This document shows, in pieces, positions 8,784-17,924 of a DNA stretch of 64,000 bases. The notes under the pieces were generated by a model. The model did no database searches and was not told the DNA's origin. It was given only the letters and a program-made list of their open reading frames with translations. The translations under genes and the position numbers were made by a program. Each line of letters starts with the position of its first letter. Position 1 is the first letter of the stretch. The DNA comes from a virus. Lineage: Duplodnaviria; Caudoviricetes. Where the stretch lies: the IMG/VR virus record IMGVR_UViG_2836755666_000018, positions 10,315 to 74,314 of that record; one strand, 5' to 3'.

Positions 8784-11012
8784 TTAGAATACATCTTTTA
8801 ACTCCATACCAATCATATCGGCAAATCTGATCCGTAATTCATCAACACTCGGTAGTTCATAAACAATTCCTATACCGCATCCCCTACGTCCTAGTTTATT
8901 TAGCCCCATTCTGATCATCGTTTTCCCAACGCGACTACGGGCGGCGGCTTCGGTTTCCGGTTCACCATTACTTTTACACCAGAATAAATAGTTATCGATT
9001 AATTCAGTTACTGGAATTCGTACCTTTCGATCAAACGGTTCATCTTTTGATAATTCGGCATACAGGTAAGCATATAACCCCGTTAAACCAAAGAGTATTT
9101 CTTCTTTAAGTGCCTCGGTTTTCGGTGCGCGGTGGCGATCAAAACCTGAAATATCATAATGCTGTAAATAATAAAGTAGCTTGGCTGCACCTTTATCATT
9201 CACCCATTGGTATAAGTTATCAAAATAGCTTTTATCTTGTGCTCTACTGCCGTCAGGCTCTAATACTAAATATCGCCTCTCTTTTATTCCTGCCTTCAAT
9301 GCCTGAGTACTATTACTTGCAAATATCAAACGTGAAAAATTAGCCATTGGCTCAGGATCAATTCCTTTCCGCTCAAGGTTAAACGTAGATTCACTAATAA
9401 TGCCATTGAGTTTTTCGCCATCTTTAGCACTGGCTACTGTCGCTTCATCAGCAAATACCAACAATTTATTTGCTAACATGGCATTGAACTTTGCGGTAAG
9501 GTGCTCTGCACCGTTAACCTGTACGCCGTATTGCCCTAAAATTTGGAGTAATGGCTTTACAAAAGTTCCTTTTCCTGCCCCTCTGACCGATTTCATAGCG
9601 ATAGCCACGGACGGTTTTTCATCCGGTTTCTGGATTAAATGCGCCATCCATGCAATTACATATTGATACGCTATTTCATCACCTGAACAAATTATGTGGC
9701 GGATATGATTTAAATAAAGGCTACAATCCCCCTCAACAGGTTTAACCGATAACCCCATATACAGGTTGTAGACAGTATCAGGACATTTTGACGGTTCAGG
9801 GTAAAAACCGACTCCATTAGGTTTATAGTTCTTCCCTTTCCATTTTAACCAGGCATCACCTAATGATAGCTTTTTGGCAATGCGCCCTTCATGCAGGAAA
9901 TAGTTTTTAAATTGCGCTAATTCCTCAAAGGTATGCATTAATCCATTAACTTGACAAGGTTTAAGGGTGACAACTCTGTGTTTTCCGCCGATCGTAACAT
10001 GGGTATAAATGCCATTCATCTTTTGAAGTAAAGCGAGTTCGTTAGCCGTAATCACTTCTCCACTTCCTAGCTCGTAGGGATCAAAATCGGTTACTTCATC
10101 AAATTCAACTTGATACGCCCCCTCTATAAACGCCTGTTTTGCTGCCTCAATCCCATGTTGCTGACGGTAATCATCCCAATCAGCTTTTTCTTTGGTTGGC
10201 GGTATGGTGACCCAACCATTAACCACTTTTGCGGTTTTCTCCGCTTTAATCTTGCCAATATTGGCTTCATCGGGCTTAACATCATTATCCGCCGCAATAA
10301 TGATTTTTGATTGGGGGTAATGCTTCCTGACCCATGTAGCAACGGGTAATAAATTACCTTCATCAAGCGCTGCCAGTACCACGCCTTCATGTAACTGGCT
10401 CACGGTTAAAGCGGTTGCATATCCTTCGGCAATTAACACCGTATCGGGCGTTCCAGTGAAATCAACGACGGGAATATAGCCGCCTTTTTTCTTTGTGCCT
10501 GAGATAAAGCGCTTTTCACCGTTAGCTCTGATAATCTGAGCACCCAGTAATTTATCACCCTGTTTTACGGGTAATATCATCGAGCCATCTTTTAATAGCT
10601 TAACTGAACAGGTATGACCTTTGAGTATTAAGTACTGAGATTGACCTAATGTGGCTTCTTCTAATAACTTTGCGGATTTTTTAATAGCATCCGTTAAAGG
10701 CGGTTTATCTGATATAGTCGTTTCTTTTTGGACAGGTATTGAAATAACCTTAGCCACTTCCTTAGCCGCTTCCGTGACATCAACATTAAATAACCGTCTC
10801 ACTAAATCCAGTCCGTCACCACTACCACACTGATTACAGATAAATGTGCCGTTACCTTCCTTATCATCAAAGCGAAAGCGGTCTTTACCCCCACAAGCTG
10901 GACAAGCGGTATGACGATTCAAGGGGACTTCTGCCCCCAGTGATGCTAATATACCTTGCCAACGTCCTGTGGCCTGCTGCTTAACCTGACGGATTAAATC
11001 AATATTTCTCAT
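8784..11012 (-). CDS. Satellite 1 primase-helicase (Zn finger + TOPRIM + DUF5906/SF3-like helicase)
   Basis: CPACGGKDRF, AEGYATA, AADND, DWDD; Walker A RGAGKGT, FADEA, IFASN. Confidence 0.92.
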   Translation of the reverse strand: MRNIDLIRQVKQQATGRWQGILASLGAEVPLNRHTACPACGGKDRFRFDDKEGNGTFICNQCGSGDGLDLVRRLFNVDVTEAAKEVAKVISIPVQKETTISDKPPLTDAIKKSAKLLEEATLGQSQYLILKGHTCSVKLLKDGSMILPVKQGDKLLGAQIIRANGEKRFISGTKKKGGYIPVVDFTGTPDTVLIAEGYATALTVSQLHEGVVLAALDEGNLLPVATWVRKHYPQSKIIIAADNDVKPDEANIGKIKAEKTAKVVNGWVTIPPTKEKADWDDYRQQHGIEAAKQAFIEGAYQVEFDEVTDFDPYELGSGEVITANELALLQKMNGIYTHVTIGGKHRVVTLKPCQVNGLMHTFEELAQFKNYFLHEGRIAKKLSLGDAWLKWKGKNYKPNGVGFYPEPSKCPDTVYNLYMGLSVKPVEGDCSLYLNHIRHIICSGDEIAYQYVIAWMAHLIQKPDEKPSVAIAMKSVRGAGKGTFVKPLLQILGQYGVQVNGAEHLTAKFNAMLANKLLVFADEATVASAKDGEKLNGIISESTFNLERKGIDPEPMANFSRLIFASNSTQALKAGIKERRYLVLEPDGSRAQDKSYFDNLYQWVNDKGAAKLLYYLQHYDISGFDRHRAPKTEALKEEILFGLTGLYAYLYAELSKDEPFDRKVRIPVTELIDNYLFWCKSNGEPETEAAARSRVGKTMIRMGLNKLGRRGCGIGIVYELPSVDELRIRFADMIGMELKDVF

Positions 11013-11359
11013 GATTTATCCTCCTGAGCAGCAGCGCTATCCGCCATGTCATTCATCATGTCAACCCACATATCAAGCCCCATCCCTGACAACTTGCCGT
11101 TCTCAACGCACAGGTCAAGTATTTGCTCAGCGACGGATTCCCAAGATTTGTATTCATCTTTCAACGGCGCTAACACATAAGTATCAACCAGCTTCCTAAT
11201 CCCTTTTACACCGTCGATAATATCAACATGAATAGCGTCATCTTCGGTGTATAAGGTAAACCAGTCTCCGCCGTATTCCTCTCTCACATCCTGATAGATT
11301 GCCTTAGCAAATGCATTGATTCGTGCATTCAGGCGAAAGTTTAAAGTGATTAATGTCAT
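11009..11359 (-). CDS. Hypothetical protein
   Basis: Overlap-coupled ORF, conserved in satellite 2. Confidence 0.75.
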   Translation of the reverse strand: MTLITLNFRLNARINAFAKAIYQDVREEYGGDWFTLYTEDDAIHVDIIDGVKGIRKLVDTYVLAPLKDEYKSWESVAEQILDLCVENGKLSGMGLDMWVDMMNDMADSAAAQEDKS

Positions 11360-11368
11360 CTCTCCCCC

Positions 11369-11911
11369 TTAATGCACCACAGCGACAGGCTGAACGCTGC
11401 CGTTAAGCACATCATCGATAAATAGGTTATGGAGTTGGGCTAAAATTTCTTGCCCCATAAAGGAAAGTTTTAAACACTTAGCATTACTGACTTCTAGCAT
11501 GTTTCGATAAAACGTCAGAATATATTGCTCTGCGTCTTCCTTGGTCTCCCTAGAATAAAAAGCGCCTTCAATATTATTCTCCATGCCCATGCGTTCAGTC
11601 GCCAGAAAAATAGGAAGGTGATAGTTTTTATGGGTGTAGTAAGGCTGACCATTTTTAACGTTGCATTGCATAACGAAAATAGCCGAAATAACACAGCGTA
11701 CGGACGTGATCACATCGGCTTTGTTAAAATCGTCTTTTTTCCAGTATTCATCGATTAATTTCAGGATTAACTTAGGGTCATCATCCCAATGACCCTCATT
11801 AACACGATTAGGGATATCCGCCACAGGAATCGTTATTTTTTCAATATGCCCCTGTTCGTTTAAATGTGTAAGGCATACATTTTTGCCAATGGTTTTTATT
11901 TTATAGCTCAT
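11369..11911 (-). CDS. Hypothetical protein
   Basis: Conserved in satellite 2. Confidence 0.75.
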   Translation of the reverse strand: MSYKIKTIGKNVCLTHLNEQGHIEKITIPVADIPNRVNEGHWDDDPKLILKLIDEYWKKDDFNKADVITSVRCVISAIFVMQCNVKNGQPYYTHKNYHLPIFLATERMGMENNIEGAFYSRETKEDAEQYILTFYRNMLEVSNAKCLKLSFMGQEILAQLHNLFIDDVLNGSVQPVAVVH

Positions 11912-12144
11912 CTTGACCCCTTCCTTTTTTTAGCCTGTTTGCGCTTACACTTTTTCGACTTAGTGCCTGTGTGCTTTGAGCCACTGACATAAGTGTTAAT
12001 CCCAGGATTTCTTATAAATTGGGGCTTCACTTTTCCCTTAAGAAAAGCCCGTGTATTCTTAGCGTTAAAGGTATTATCCCGCCCTGAGTTATAGCCATCG
12101 CTAAAAGTAATTAATGGTTGTTCGTCATATTGTGTCATGTTCAT
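11908..12144 (-). CDS. Small basic hypothetical protein
   Basis: ATGA overlaps, conserved in satellite 2. Confidence 0.65.
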   Translation of the reverse strand: MNMTQYDEQPLITFSDGYNSGRDNTFNAKNTRAFLKGKVKPQFIRNPGINTYVSGSKHTGTKSKKCKRKQAKKRKGSR

Positions 12145-12458
12145 CTCACGCCCTCCGATACAGGGAACCCTTCACGCTGATAGAGTGTGAACTGGGCGTT
12201 TTCTGCGTTGATAATGAGTGCCTGAGCAATTTTAGGTAAGCACATCAACGCCTCACTCATCCGGCATAAATCCGCTTTCGCCTGACTATCGGCATAGTTT
12301 TCATTGCCACATGCCCAATATGCGCATTCACCAAAGGCTTTTAGCCCTGACATAATCCCGTCAAACGCGGCATCACAAGCGCCTTTCATTTCTCTTAGCT
12401 CTTTAGTGCTCATGGCTTGTAAATTATCCGGTATGAGGTAATGCTGAATATCAGCCAT
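12141..12458 (-). CDS. Hypothetical PICI protein
   Basis: Conserved in satellite 2 (32782-33099). Confidence 0.75.
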   Translation of the reverse strand: MADIQHYLIPDNLQAMSTKELREMKGACDAAFDGIMSGLKAFGECAYWACGNENYADSQAKADLCRMSEALMCLPKIAQALIINAENAQFTLYQREGFPVSEGVR

Positions 12459-13053
12459 GCAGAGCCTCCTTAGCGAAATCGCCTAAATCACAGATAGACA
12501 GTTGGGAAAGTTCAATAACGGCACGCGTTGCCGGACGAAGGCGCTTAAGCTCTCTACGGCGTAGGGTCATCGCTGCACTACCTGGCTTACCATGACCAAG
12601 ATAAGAGTCTTTCTCAGCCTTGGCGACAAGGTGTTGTGCTTCTTCCGGTTTCATCTGGCTTAACTCTTCAATTGAAGGGATATCAACATGACGGAGTTCA
12701 CCTAAGGTGTTACGGCGGAAATAGCTATCTATCATCTCATTCTGTACATCCCACGATAGCGAATCGTTGAACGGTTTAACGATAAGTAAATAACCTCTTT
12801 CGGTGATAAGCAGTCCCCTAGCGGTACGTTTCGGGAAAACGTCTTTTAGCCACATCGTATGTTTAACAGACGATGTCACATCAAAGAAATCTTTACCTTC
12901 AACAAAACGAGAACGATGACGATTAAACGTCTGCCTTGCTGTTCCTTTAGGGCGATCATGTGCCTTATCAATCATGGCAAAGGTCACAACACGCTTACCT
13001 TGGTACTCCACAACGGGCATCGCACGATTATGGATAGCGACAAAATTACGCAT
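12451..13053 (-). CDS. ORF6N-domain DNA-binding protein
   Basis: VEYQGKRVVTFAMIDKAH...FNRHRSRFVEGKDFF...ITERGYLLIVKPF. Confidence 0.85.
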   Translation of the reverse strand: MRNFVAIHNRAMPVVEYQGKRVVTFAMIDKAHDRPKGTARQTFNRHRSRFVEGKDFFDVTSSVKHTMWLKDVFPKRTARGLLITERGYLLIVKPFNDSLSWDVQNEMIDSYFRRNTLGELRHVDIPSIEELSQMKPEEAQHLVAKAEKDSYLGHGKPGSAAMTLRRRELKRLRPATRAVIELSQLSICDLGDFAKEALHG

Positions 13054-13279
13054 GAGCCACCTCCTGACGTTGAGAAGCGGAGCACGCTATGATGCTTTGG
13101 GGTGTTATGGGCTTACGGCCTGACCAGACAAGCCGATCACCTTTGAACAGCACATGAAATAATCTGCGCTCACGACGGGTTAATGACACTTTGCCGTAGG
13201 GAATGTTGGAATCTAGAGGGATAATCCAGTAAGTATCTGTAAATTTAGGGTGAGTTTGGGTAGACTTATACGAAGCCAT
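13046..13279 (-). CDS. Icd-like (host cell division inhibitor family) protein
   Basis: MASYKSTQTHPKF...LVWSGRKP...EVAHA, RBS GAGG upstream, typical PICI position. Confidence 0.65.
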   Translation of the reverse strand: MASYKSTQTHPKFTDTYWIIPLDSNIPYGKVSLTRRERRLFHVLFKGDRLVWSGRKPITPQSIIACSASQRQEVAHA

Positions 13280-13412
13280 AACTGTTACCTCAGTTAACAT
13301 TGTGGTTAGATGCTCTGCAAGTGTTTGCGCACTGCGGGGCATTGTCTTACTTATTGCTATGCAATAGTGTACATTGGTAATCTCAATATCTAATATATAC
13401 AGGAAAAAACCA

Positions 13413-13589
13413 ATGTCAACCAAAGAACACCAAAAAGAAAGAATCGTTGTACAATTGCGATTAGATTCTAGCTTATCTGAACGCCTTAACTTAGCAATGA
13501 AAGAGGACGGAGATGACAATAAAGCTGGTTGGATAAAACGCTTACTTCGCAGAGAACTAGACAAAAGAGGCATCCCCCCCAAAGGCTGA
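13413..13589 (+). CDS. Small ribbon-helix-helix-like regulator divergent from icd
   Basis: IVVQLRLDSSLSERLNLAM...AGWIKRLLRREL; degraded homologue at 34390-34570. Confidence 0.65.
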   Translation: MSTKEHQKERIVVQLRLDSSLSERLNLAMKEDGDDNKAGWIKRLLRRELDKRGIPPKG

Positions 13590-13638
13590 GATTGCTTAGA
13601 GAAATATTCCGCTGGTTGCCCCTGAGCCAACCCAACCA

Positions 13639-14030
13639 ACCCGATATTATCGGGTAGCCTCATCATCAGAGAAATATTTCCTTGATGTTCTGAGTGACCA
13701 TGAGCCACTCGCTTTGTTTGTTTATTAACCGTTCCTCTTAATGATGAATGGTTATTTTTTGCACTACTCAAATTTGAGTAGATGAAGTATTGTAAACTGC
13801 GATTAGCGGGTTGTTTCTCGTACTGCACAAATTGAATCAACCTATTGTTTTTAATGCTTTCTTTTGTGCGCACCTCTCTAACGGCTTGTACACCCATGTT
13901 GTTTAATTTCTGAACTACACTTTTTGTGTAGTGACCTACACTTTTTTTGTAGGTCGACTTGTTCAGGCGATTAAATATATCGCCCCCCTGATTTTTGGCA
14001 TAAAGAAGCCCTTCACGGTTATTCACCGTG
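13639..14030. repeat. Array of different short palindromes
   Basis: ACCCGATA-T-TATCGGGT, TAACCGTTC-N11-GAATGGTTA, CTACTCAAATTTGAGTAG, ACTACAC-T5-GTGTAGT, ACCTACA-N7-TGTAGGT, CACGGT-N5-ACCGTG. Confidence 0.75.
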
Positions 14031-14169
14031 TTTTGAATGTTCATATTGAACCTTATTTAATTAATTGAGCGGTGAGTCATGCTGCTTGGTCAGAAAAAAG
14101 GGGACTTTCGGTAATCACTGCCTACCAGGGAAAGGAAGGAATTTTTTTCTAACCGACTTCCTCTTTAAG

Positions 14170-14285
14170 TTGTTACAGGTCTTTATAGGTTTTTAGAGGT
14201 ATTTTATCTACCTGTACCTAATTAACTAATTGATATTAAATAGATTAAATGTAATTGGTACAGGTGATACAGGTTTTTTAGGTTT
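14170..14285. other. Second origin-like block (TACAGGT iterons + IHF consensus), inverted relative to 8551-8660
   Basis: Reverse complement aligns to 8551-8660; TATCAATTAGTTA fits WATCAANNNNTTR. Confidence 0.6.
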
Positions 14286-14313
14286 TCTGCCAAAAAGGGT
14301 ATTTTTCCTCTAA

Positions 14314-14598
14314 TCAATGAGATTGACGGCTATAAGGATTATTCACGTTCTTCACCTCTGGCGGATTGCGTGCCCACCATAGAACATCGCTTAATAGCCA
14401 TGAGACGGAGTTCTTTCCCATAGGTATACGCTTAGGAAATTTTCCTTCTTCCTCTAACACCCATCGACGGGAACGGGATAAACCGGATATCTGCTTACAT
14501 TCGGCTTCCCTGATTCGTCGATCATACTTTTGACCGTATTCATCTAAAATAAATTGTCTTTCTTCTCTGGTAGGTTCAGTAAATTTAACGGTTATCAT
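14314..14598 (-). CDS. alpA: AlpA family regulator
   Basis: IREAECKQISGLSRSRRW...GKFPKRIPMGKNSVSWLLSDV. Confidence 0.88.
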   Translation of the reverse strand: MITVKFTEPTREERQFILDEYGQKYDRRIREAECKQISGLSRSRRWVLEEEGKFPKRIPMGKNSVSWLLSDVLWWARNPPEVKNVNNPYSRQSH

Positions 14599-14615
14599 TA
14601 TTTTCTCTCCATAAT

Positions 14616-14638
14616 AAAAAACCCCGATTAACGGGGTT
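14616..14638 (-). terminator. Intrinsic terminator between the two alpA genes
   Basis: ACCCCG-TTAAT-CGGGGT hairpin followed by a T-run on the minus strand. Confidence 0.6.
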
Positions 14639-14670
14639 CAATTCATGACATTTAATTTTATACGTTTTAG

Positions 14671-14895
14671 TTATTCAGGTTTCCATGTGCCGTTTACCCA
14701 AGCCTGAACCTCGGATAATCGGTATAGTTTTGTTTTGGGCCCATAAACGTATCTTTTAGGAAATCTGCCCATTTTTATCATATAGTGCCTTGTTGATGCT
14801 CCTATGCTGGTTAACCATTTACATTCACCTTCTTTTATCATTCTATCTATCTCAGGCTCTAACAATAATTCATCTTTACTCATTATTTTTATCAT
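14671..14895 (-). CDS. AlpA family protein, probable excisionase/RDF
   Basis: DRMIKEGEC...GRFPKR...YRLSEVQAWV; coupled to int. Confidence 0.82.
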   Translation of the reverse strand: MIKIMSKDELLLEPEIDRMIKEGECKWLTSIGASTRHYMIKMGRFPKRYVYGPKTKLYRLSEVQAWVNGTWKPE

Positions 14896-16097
14896 TGGTT
14901 ATCTGCCTCTATAAATGTATTCAGATAGCGTAACCAATCCTCTAATGCCTGAGTTTTTTCATTCATATATTGGCTACGGTTATATATTCCCATCACCCCA
15001 GGCAATGTATGTCCTAACAATTGTTCAATAACATAAATGTTAACACCCTTGTCCGCCATATTTGTTGCTAATGTTCGTCTCATATCATGTAAACACCATG
15101 ATCTAGCATGTCCTAATTTCTTCCATAACCTACCCATCGTTGTACTGATAGGTACTTGATTGTAGAGTTTACCAAGGATTAAATTAGTATTATTTACCGC
15201 TTTTAAATTGACTAGCCACTGTCTTATGTCTTTTGGTATTGGGCGAATGATTTCTCTACCATTTTTGCTATTCTCTTTGGGTACTGTCCATATCCAGTTT
15301 TGAAAATCCCATTCATCCCATGTCGATTTTCTAATTTCAACCATGCGACAACCAAATAAAATAGCCAGCAATAAAATATGTCTATAATGCGATTCAATGA
15401 CGGTATTGTTGAGTTCTTTATTAGCCAAACGCCACACATCCCTTAACTCATTTTCTGTTAAGACTCTGTCTCTTTTCTTTGCATTTTTGCCCATATCAGA
15501 CAACGTAAAATCGTCTAATTCATGATTAACGGCATAACGTCTTACCCGACAAAATCGCAAAGCTTGTTTTACATCGAGGAATGTCCCACCGGAAATAACG
15601 GGGGCTTTTCTTTTTAGTTTATCAAATAACGATAACCATATATCTGCTTTACATTCGCTTAATGGCATATCACCGATATGAAGATAAATATACCGTTTCA
15701 AATTGTTTTGAACTTTTAGCCAATCTTTCCTTTTATCCTTAACGTAGTGTTCAATCCAATATTCAAGCGCATCTTTCACCGTCACGGGTTTTAGTGTTGT
15801 TTCTTTTTGAATTTTAATATAAATACGAGGGTCTTTATTTTCTACTAGCCATTCTCTACACTGATTTCTTACCTTCCTTGCCTGTTTTAACGACATATCA
15901 GGATATTTACCTAATGTTAACCAAATAGGGGAACTATTGCGATCACCTAATCGATAAAAGAAGACAAAGCTGACCATCCCACTTTTAGATACCCTGATTG
16001 ATAATCCCCTTCCATCAGCAACGAGTAATTGCTTTTCTCTTAGGCTACCGCTGAGTGCTTTTAATCGTTTTTCACTGAGCTTATTTTCTGCTGCCAT
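14892..16097 (-). CDS. int: Tyrosine integrase of satellite 1
   Basis: N-terminal arm-binding domain (DGRGL...TLGKYP); R-K-HxxR-H-Y residues FGCR, SKNG, HDMRR, LGH, GIY. Confidence 0.95.
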   Translation of the reverse strand: MAAENKLSEKRLKALSGSLREKQLLVADGRGLSIRVSKSGMVSFVFFYRLGDRNSSPIWLTLGKYPDMSLKQARKVRNQCREWLVENKDPRIYIKIQKETTLKPVTVKDALEYWIEHYVKDKRKDWLKVQNNLKRYIYLHIGDMPLSECKADIWLSLFDKLKRKAPVISGGTFLDVKQALRFCRVRRYAVNHELDDFTLSDMGKNAKKRDRVLTENELRDVWRLANKELNNTVIESHYRHILLLAILFGCRMVEIRKSTWDEWDFQNWIWTVPKENSKNGREIIRPIPKDIRQWLVNLKAVNNTNLILGKLYNQVPISTTMGRLWKKLGHARSWCLHDMRRTLATNMADKGVNIYVIEQLLGHTLPGVMGIYNRSQYMNEKTQALEDWLRYLNTFIEADNQ

Positions 16098-16118
16098 AGC
16101 GTTAACTTCTCATTTCTA

Positions 16119-16141
16119 GCAATACACATTGCAATACACAG
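16119..16141. promoter_or_regulatory. Putative integrase arm-type sites
   Basis: GCAATACACATTGCAATACACAG; IHF-like AATCAATAAATTA at about 16206-16218. Confidence 0.75.
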
Positions 16142-16268
16142 AGTTCAGTACCAATGAATAAACATGAAATAACACCAGTACATAAATTAATAACTAATTA
16201 TTTAAAATCAATAAATTACTTAAAACATGGAAACGCGAATATGCGTAAATAATTACTATGTTACACAG

Positions 16269-16276
16269 TGTTTGTT
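16269..16276. repeat. att core of satellite 1 (int-side end)
   Basis: TGTTTGTT. Confidence 0.85.
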
Positions 16277-16450
16277 GGTGTCAAGTAATGTGGTGCAGTC
16301 TATAAAGCTTCCTGTTAATCCTGTTGCGCCTATTGCTCTACAGGTATCCAGAAGTTTCATTGCAGTCACTGCATCCCCCACTTTGCCAAATTTCACTACG
16401 GTATTTTCGGGTAACTTAGCGTATTCCGGCGAACTTTTTCTTTTAGCCAT
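16269..16450 (-). CDS. Helper major tail protein, 5' part (split by satellite 1)
   Basis: MAKRKSSPEYAKLP...GSFIDCTTLLDTNK; follows HK97 gp10-like gene. Confidence 0.88.
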
Positions 16451-16467
16451 AGTATTTTCCTGTTGTA

Positions 16468-16881
16468 TTAACGATGTTTTTCAATGCTGGCGCGAATTTC
16501 TGATGCTAAGGTATTAAGGATAAATTCACGGTGATAATCCAATGCGGGTCGGATAAAAGGGCGCGCTATCTGTTTAACCGTACCAAACTCTTGGGCGCGT
16601 GCTTTTATCGCCTGTTGTTTTGAAGGGCCAACTCTCACTGTGACGACGGTTTGTGTTTTTTTGTCCTTTATTCTGCTGTTAGTGCGGATTTTAATGCTAT
16701 CTCGCATATGTTCGCCTGAATGAATCGCATCAAATCCCGAATGGCCTTTCATATCGGCGAGCACCGGTTTCATTACTTCACTCCCTGCTTTGCGTAAAAC
16801 CTCAACCGCAACTTCATCGCCCAATTTTTTTAATACCGATTCAAGATCGCTTAATCCCTTCACTTCTACTCGATTTCTCAT
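16468..16881 (-). CDS. HK97 gp10-like tail/neck protein
   Basis: VKGLSDLE...GEHMRDSI...QEFGTVKQIARPFIRPALD. Confidence 0.88.
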   Translation of the reverse strand: MRNRVEVKGLSDLESVLKKLGDEVAVEVLRKAGSEVMKPVLADMKGHSGFDAIHSGEHMRDSIKIRTNSRIKDKKTQTVVTVRVGPSKQQAIKARAQEFGTVKQIARPFIRPALDYHREFILNTLASEIRASIEKHR

Positions 16882-17265
16882 TTAGCATCCTCCGCATAGG
16901 TCAAAATAAAATCCCGCGTGATCCGATAACATATACGGTTTTCTGTCAGTTCTTCCCTGTCCTGAATTAAGTTACCGCGTTCAATATGTTGTACCGGATA
17001 GTCACCCAGATAACCGTGTTCAATTTTTTCCCATTCCTCCTTGATTTTTTCGCTTAGCCAGAGGGCTTTTTCATAATCATTGAGTAACTGAACTGTTATC
17101 TGATATCGCGCCTGTACGAGCGTTGTTTTTGCTAACCCCGTAAATACTTTCGGATCACTGATACGCTGATAAATGACCCTTCAAGCTGTTTTGAAGGAAG
17201 TTGAAGGGGAAAGCATCTAATCCCGTAATACGGCTTAAGTCTTTTTTAATATCATTTTCTATCAT
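16881..17265 (-). pseudogene. Probable tail terminator/completion protein, frameshifted in this sequence
   Basis: Position between head closure and gp10; readable C-terminal YQRISDP...ARYQI...ITRDFILTYAEDAK*; indels near 17180-17220. Confidence 0.55.
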
Positions 17266-17578
17266 GGCGGATATTTGCTTCTGTGGTAATAATGAGTCGA
17301 TCAGGTTGATTACGATCTAATGCTCTGACGGTAAAGCGACGTTGCCGATATTCAACCAGCCAATCAATATCAATATCGTTTCTTGGCCTTAACGTAAAAC
17401 GCAAAGTTTCAATCACCTGTTCTTGATCAGCGGTGCGAATTTTCCGATTAGATATCGACTCCGCATGGGCCCAAACGGTGTTAACCGCTTCCATTTCAGT
17501 ATACGGATCGCCTAAAGGACGATATTTTGTGATAGGCCGATACAAGGTAATGCGTTTAGTCAATTCGGCGGCTAACAT
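17252..17578 (-). CDS. Helper head closure protein
   Basis: MLAAELTKRITL...VWAHAE...FTLRPR. Confidence 0.85.
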   Translation of the reverse strand: MLAAELTKRITLYRPITKYRPLGDPYTEMEAVNTVWAHAESISNRKIRTADQEQVIETLRFTLRPRNDIDIDWLVEYRQRRFTVRALDRNQPDRLIITTEANIRHDRK

Positions 17579-17879
17579 CCTTCCCTCTCATCGGGTATAT
17601 CCGATAATCGTTTAATATTTCGTAAAATCCAGGGGGAATTCTTTTTAACTCCCGCGTGTCATACCAAAAGCCTACCGCCAATATCAATGCCTGTTTAATC
17701 AACGGCGTTATCACTAATTGGGTTGCGTTTTGCGTCTTTTTCTCTGAATCAGATAATGAACGGTTAAGGTAGTTTTCTGCTTTTTCTTTGGCAGCGGCAA
17801 GGTACATCAATAAAAGCGCATCTTCCTCATCCGTATCAATACGACACTGAAGATGTAAATCATCAAGCGTAGGTAACAT
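17556..17879 (-). CDS. Helper head-tail connector (gp6-like)
   Basis: PTLDDLHLQCRID...AENYLNR...GFWYDTRE. Confidence 0.85.
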   Translation of the reverse strand: MLPTLDDLHLQCRIDTDEEDALLLMYLAAAKEKAENYLNRSLSDSEKKTQNATQLVITPLIKQALILAVGFWYDTRELKRIPPGFYEILNDYRIYPMRGKDVSRRID

Positions 17880-17924
17880 GCCAAACCTCAACTTTTGCAA
17901 AAGGGGCATATTGCCCCTCTTAAA

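Larger units (their letters stand above)
1061..16276 (-). mobile_element. Satellite 1: capsid-forming PICI-like element embedded in the helper major tail gene
   Basis: Bounded by direct repeat TGTTTGTT (1061-1068, 16269-16276); int-alpA-primase plus full head/packaging module, no tail genes. Confidence 0.92.

Noticed and set aside
13046-14044. 332 aa ORF as a single protein
   Set aside because: Spans the palindrome array, an opposite-strand RHH gene and icd with its own RBS; the sibling frame stops at 34541. The 5' part may still be translated
16256-16268. C-terminal tails HCVT* (MTP) and NVISAN...RY* (TerL, 37200-37259)
   Set aside because: Read-through into satellite DNA; no replacement gene halves are supplied by the satellites
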